DNA from: the human T2T-CHM13v2.0 reference genome, Homo sapiens
Direction: 5' to 3' (one strand)
Assembly (NCBI RefSeq): GCF_009914755.1
Contig: NC_060929.1
DNA length: 64,000 nt
Part shown: positions 62,174-64,000 of the stretch, one piece after another
How the letters are laid out: the number at the start of each line of letters is the position of its first letter
Numbering within the stretch: position 1 is the stretch's first letter
The notes under the pieces: generated by a model
Databases searched by the model: none
Told to the model about the DNA's origin: nothing
The model's input: the letters and a program-made list of their open reading frames with translations, nothing else
Translations under genes and position numbers: made by a program

Positions 62174-62467
62174 TGCTCCTGGTGGTCTGCCTGACATCTG
62201 AGCTTCAGCCTCCATTTATGCACTGACAACTCCCAAATTAAGAGAAGGGAGAAATTTAAGTGTGGCGCCAAGATTGAAAGGAGAAAGAGGTTGAGGGATA
62301 GTGAGAGAGGTTGGAGAAGAGAGTAAAGAGAGGCTGCTTAGCAGTGTTAAAGTTGGTGAGATGTTCCTTGGGCTGGTCAGTCTGAGGACCCGAGGTCGTA
62401 GGTGGATCTTTCTCGTGGAGCAAAGAGCAGGAGGACAGGGGATTGATCTCTCAAGGGAGGTCCGCTG

Positions 62468-62485
62468 ATCTGAGTCACGGCACCA
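62468..62485 (-). other. tRNA-His primer binding site
   Basis: rc = TGGTGCCGTGACTCAGAT versus canonical TGGTGCCGTGACTCGGAT (1 mismatch). Confidence 0.93.
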
Positions 62486-62488
62486 AAA

Positions 62489-62889
62489 TTTCACTCACGT
62501 CCGTGTGAAGAGACCACCAAACAGGCTTTGTGTGAGCAACAAGGCTGTTTATTTCACCTGGGTGCAGGCAGGCTGAGTCTGAAAAGAGTCAGTGAAGGGA
62601 GATAGGGGTGGAGCCGTTTCATAAGATTTGGGTAGGTAAAGGAAAATTACAGTCAAAGAGGGGTTGTTCTCTGGCGGGCAGGGGTGGGGGGTCACAAGGT
62701 GCTCAGCAGGGGAGCTTTTGAGCCAGGATGAGCCAGGAGCAGGAATTTCACAAGGTAATGTCATCAGTTAGGGAAGGAACAGGCCATTTTCACTTCTTTT
62801 GTCATTCTTCAGTTACTTCAGGCCATCTGGATGTATACGTGCAGGTCACAGGGGATATGAAGGCTTAGCTTGGGCTCAGAGGCCTGACA
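62489..62889 (-). promoter_or_regulatory. HERV-H 5' LTR (LTR7 family), promoter facing leftward
   Basis: Adjacent to the PBS. Contains a GC/GT box (rc of gggcaggggtgggggg) and the U3-R-U5 layout. Confidence 0.9.
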
Positions 62890-64000
62890 AGCAGATAATT
62901 CCTATTCTCCAGGCCCTCCCTGCTTCATGGGTGCAAGCCACTTTGGCACACGTGGCGGTGCCTGCCAAGGTTGCCAGGACTCGGGGATGCAAGGATGGAA
63001 GAGGGAAAAAGGATGCTTTTTCCTCTCTCCCTCATGTATCTTGGGTATCAGCTAGGAAGAGAAGGGAACCAGGGATCCCTGCTTCCCTCTTTCTAGATGC
63101 GTGGCCAACCACTGGGACTCCTTTGAAAAGTGCCTTCTTTTCCCTTTCTCCTCCTTTGTTCAGTTAGGTAATTTTGTTTCCATACTGCAGGACACTCCCT
63201 TCAGATGCATCCTCCAAACTGGAAAGAGTTAATTTCCTAAACCTTCAACTGGTTGGCTTAGGATTGGGCTCAGGGGAAGGGAACCCAGAAACTCAACATG
63301 CCGGCAAAAGGGTAAAGATTTTTTGCCAATTGGTCTTTTGGCCTGTCTCTCCCTGTGCAAACTGGTAAAAGGCCTTGGAATTTTTTAGCTGTCCTTACCC
63401 CTCCCCCTTGTTTCATTTTGATGCATGTCTTCTAATAACCCTGTTTTTCTGTTCTTGCCTTCAGGCCATCAAATTCCAAACAGGCAACCAGAGCCTCTGA
63501 AGATGGCCCCTTCTTCTGGGGATCCTCACATAGGCCTCGGAGGAAGCTCTGACTGCCGTTTCCCCAAAACAGCGCCCCCGTCTGCAGAAAGTGGTTAAGA
63601 TTGGTCTTAGTCCTTATCCTTAATCTAACGGGAGTTAGATATACTTCTTTAGACGGGGGAATGAGACAGCCAGGTGGGAGGGGGTCCCTGGAGAAACTCC
63701 AACCAGCCTGTCTACTGAGGTGGAGCCTGGGAAGTTTGAGCCCTTTGCAGTAGGGAGGAGCTGGCCTTGCCTCTTCCTGTGTGGAACCTGGGATTCGGAC
63801 GTCGGGCGGGAAGTGCTCTAGCAGGGGACTCTGGACTTGCGGAGGACCCCTGTTCCCCCCCTCATTTTTCCCTGTTTCACCCAATAAAACCCTGCTTTAC
63901 TCACCCTTTAAACCATCTGCGAACCTAAATTTTTGTTGTCGCGGGATGGACAAGAACACTGTCTTTAGCTAAACTAAGGAAAAGACCTGTAACACCTTAC

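Larger units (their letters stand above)
57346..62889 (-). mobile_element. HERV-H provirus (common ~5.5-kb deleted form) with two LTR7-family LTRs
   Basis: LTRs 57346-57751 and 62489-62889 (rc starts TGTCAGGCCTCTGAGCCCAAGC). Perfect TSD AGCAG (57341-57345 / 62890-62894), tRNA-His PBS and gag/pro/pol remnants. Confidence 0.96.
53495..63994 (+). mobile_element. MER61-like (MER4-group ERV1) non-autonomous provirus with two LTRs, host of HERV-H
   Basis: LTRs 53495-53832 and 63662-63994 share gagggggtccctggagaaactccaaccagcctg and AATAAAaccctgc. TG...CA ends, near-TSD tctt/cctt, degenerate PBS tggcacgcagagtgggg after the 5' LTR and PPT agacgggggaa before the 3' LTR. Family name is from memory. Confidence 0.85.

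Overview
Primate (catarrhine-type, plausibly human) non-coding genomic DNA that is rich in repeats. No intact protein-coding gene or RNA gene could be supported, and every long ORF comes from L1 ORF2, HERV-H gag/pro/pol, Alu or LTR sequence. The main structures are: a 5'-truncated L1PA (about 5.0-8.0 kb); a decayed ERVL-class provirus on the minus strand with recognisable RT motifs (18.6-24.1 kb); many Alu, L2, L1M, MaLR and Tigger elements plus solo ERV1 LTRs; two repeat-poor blocks with dense transcription-factor motifs (about 10.6-14.5 kb and 37.7-41.5 kb); and at the right end a two-LTR MER61-like provirus (53495-63994, +) containing a complete antisense HERV-H/LTR7 provirus (57346-62889, -, perfect AGCAG TSD). 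The most unusual details are an apparently L2-derived ~115-bp insert with an 18-bp tandem triplication inside the much younger HERV-H leader, a mutated HERV-H major splice donor, and two short locally templated insertions. I found no evidence for a novel biological system. Repeat family names come from remembered consensus sequences and need confirmation with RepeatMasker/Dfam.
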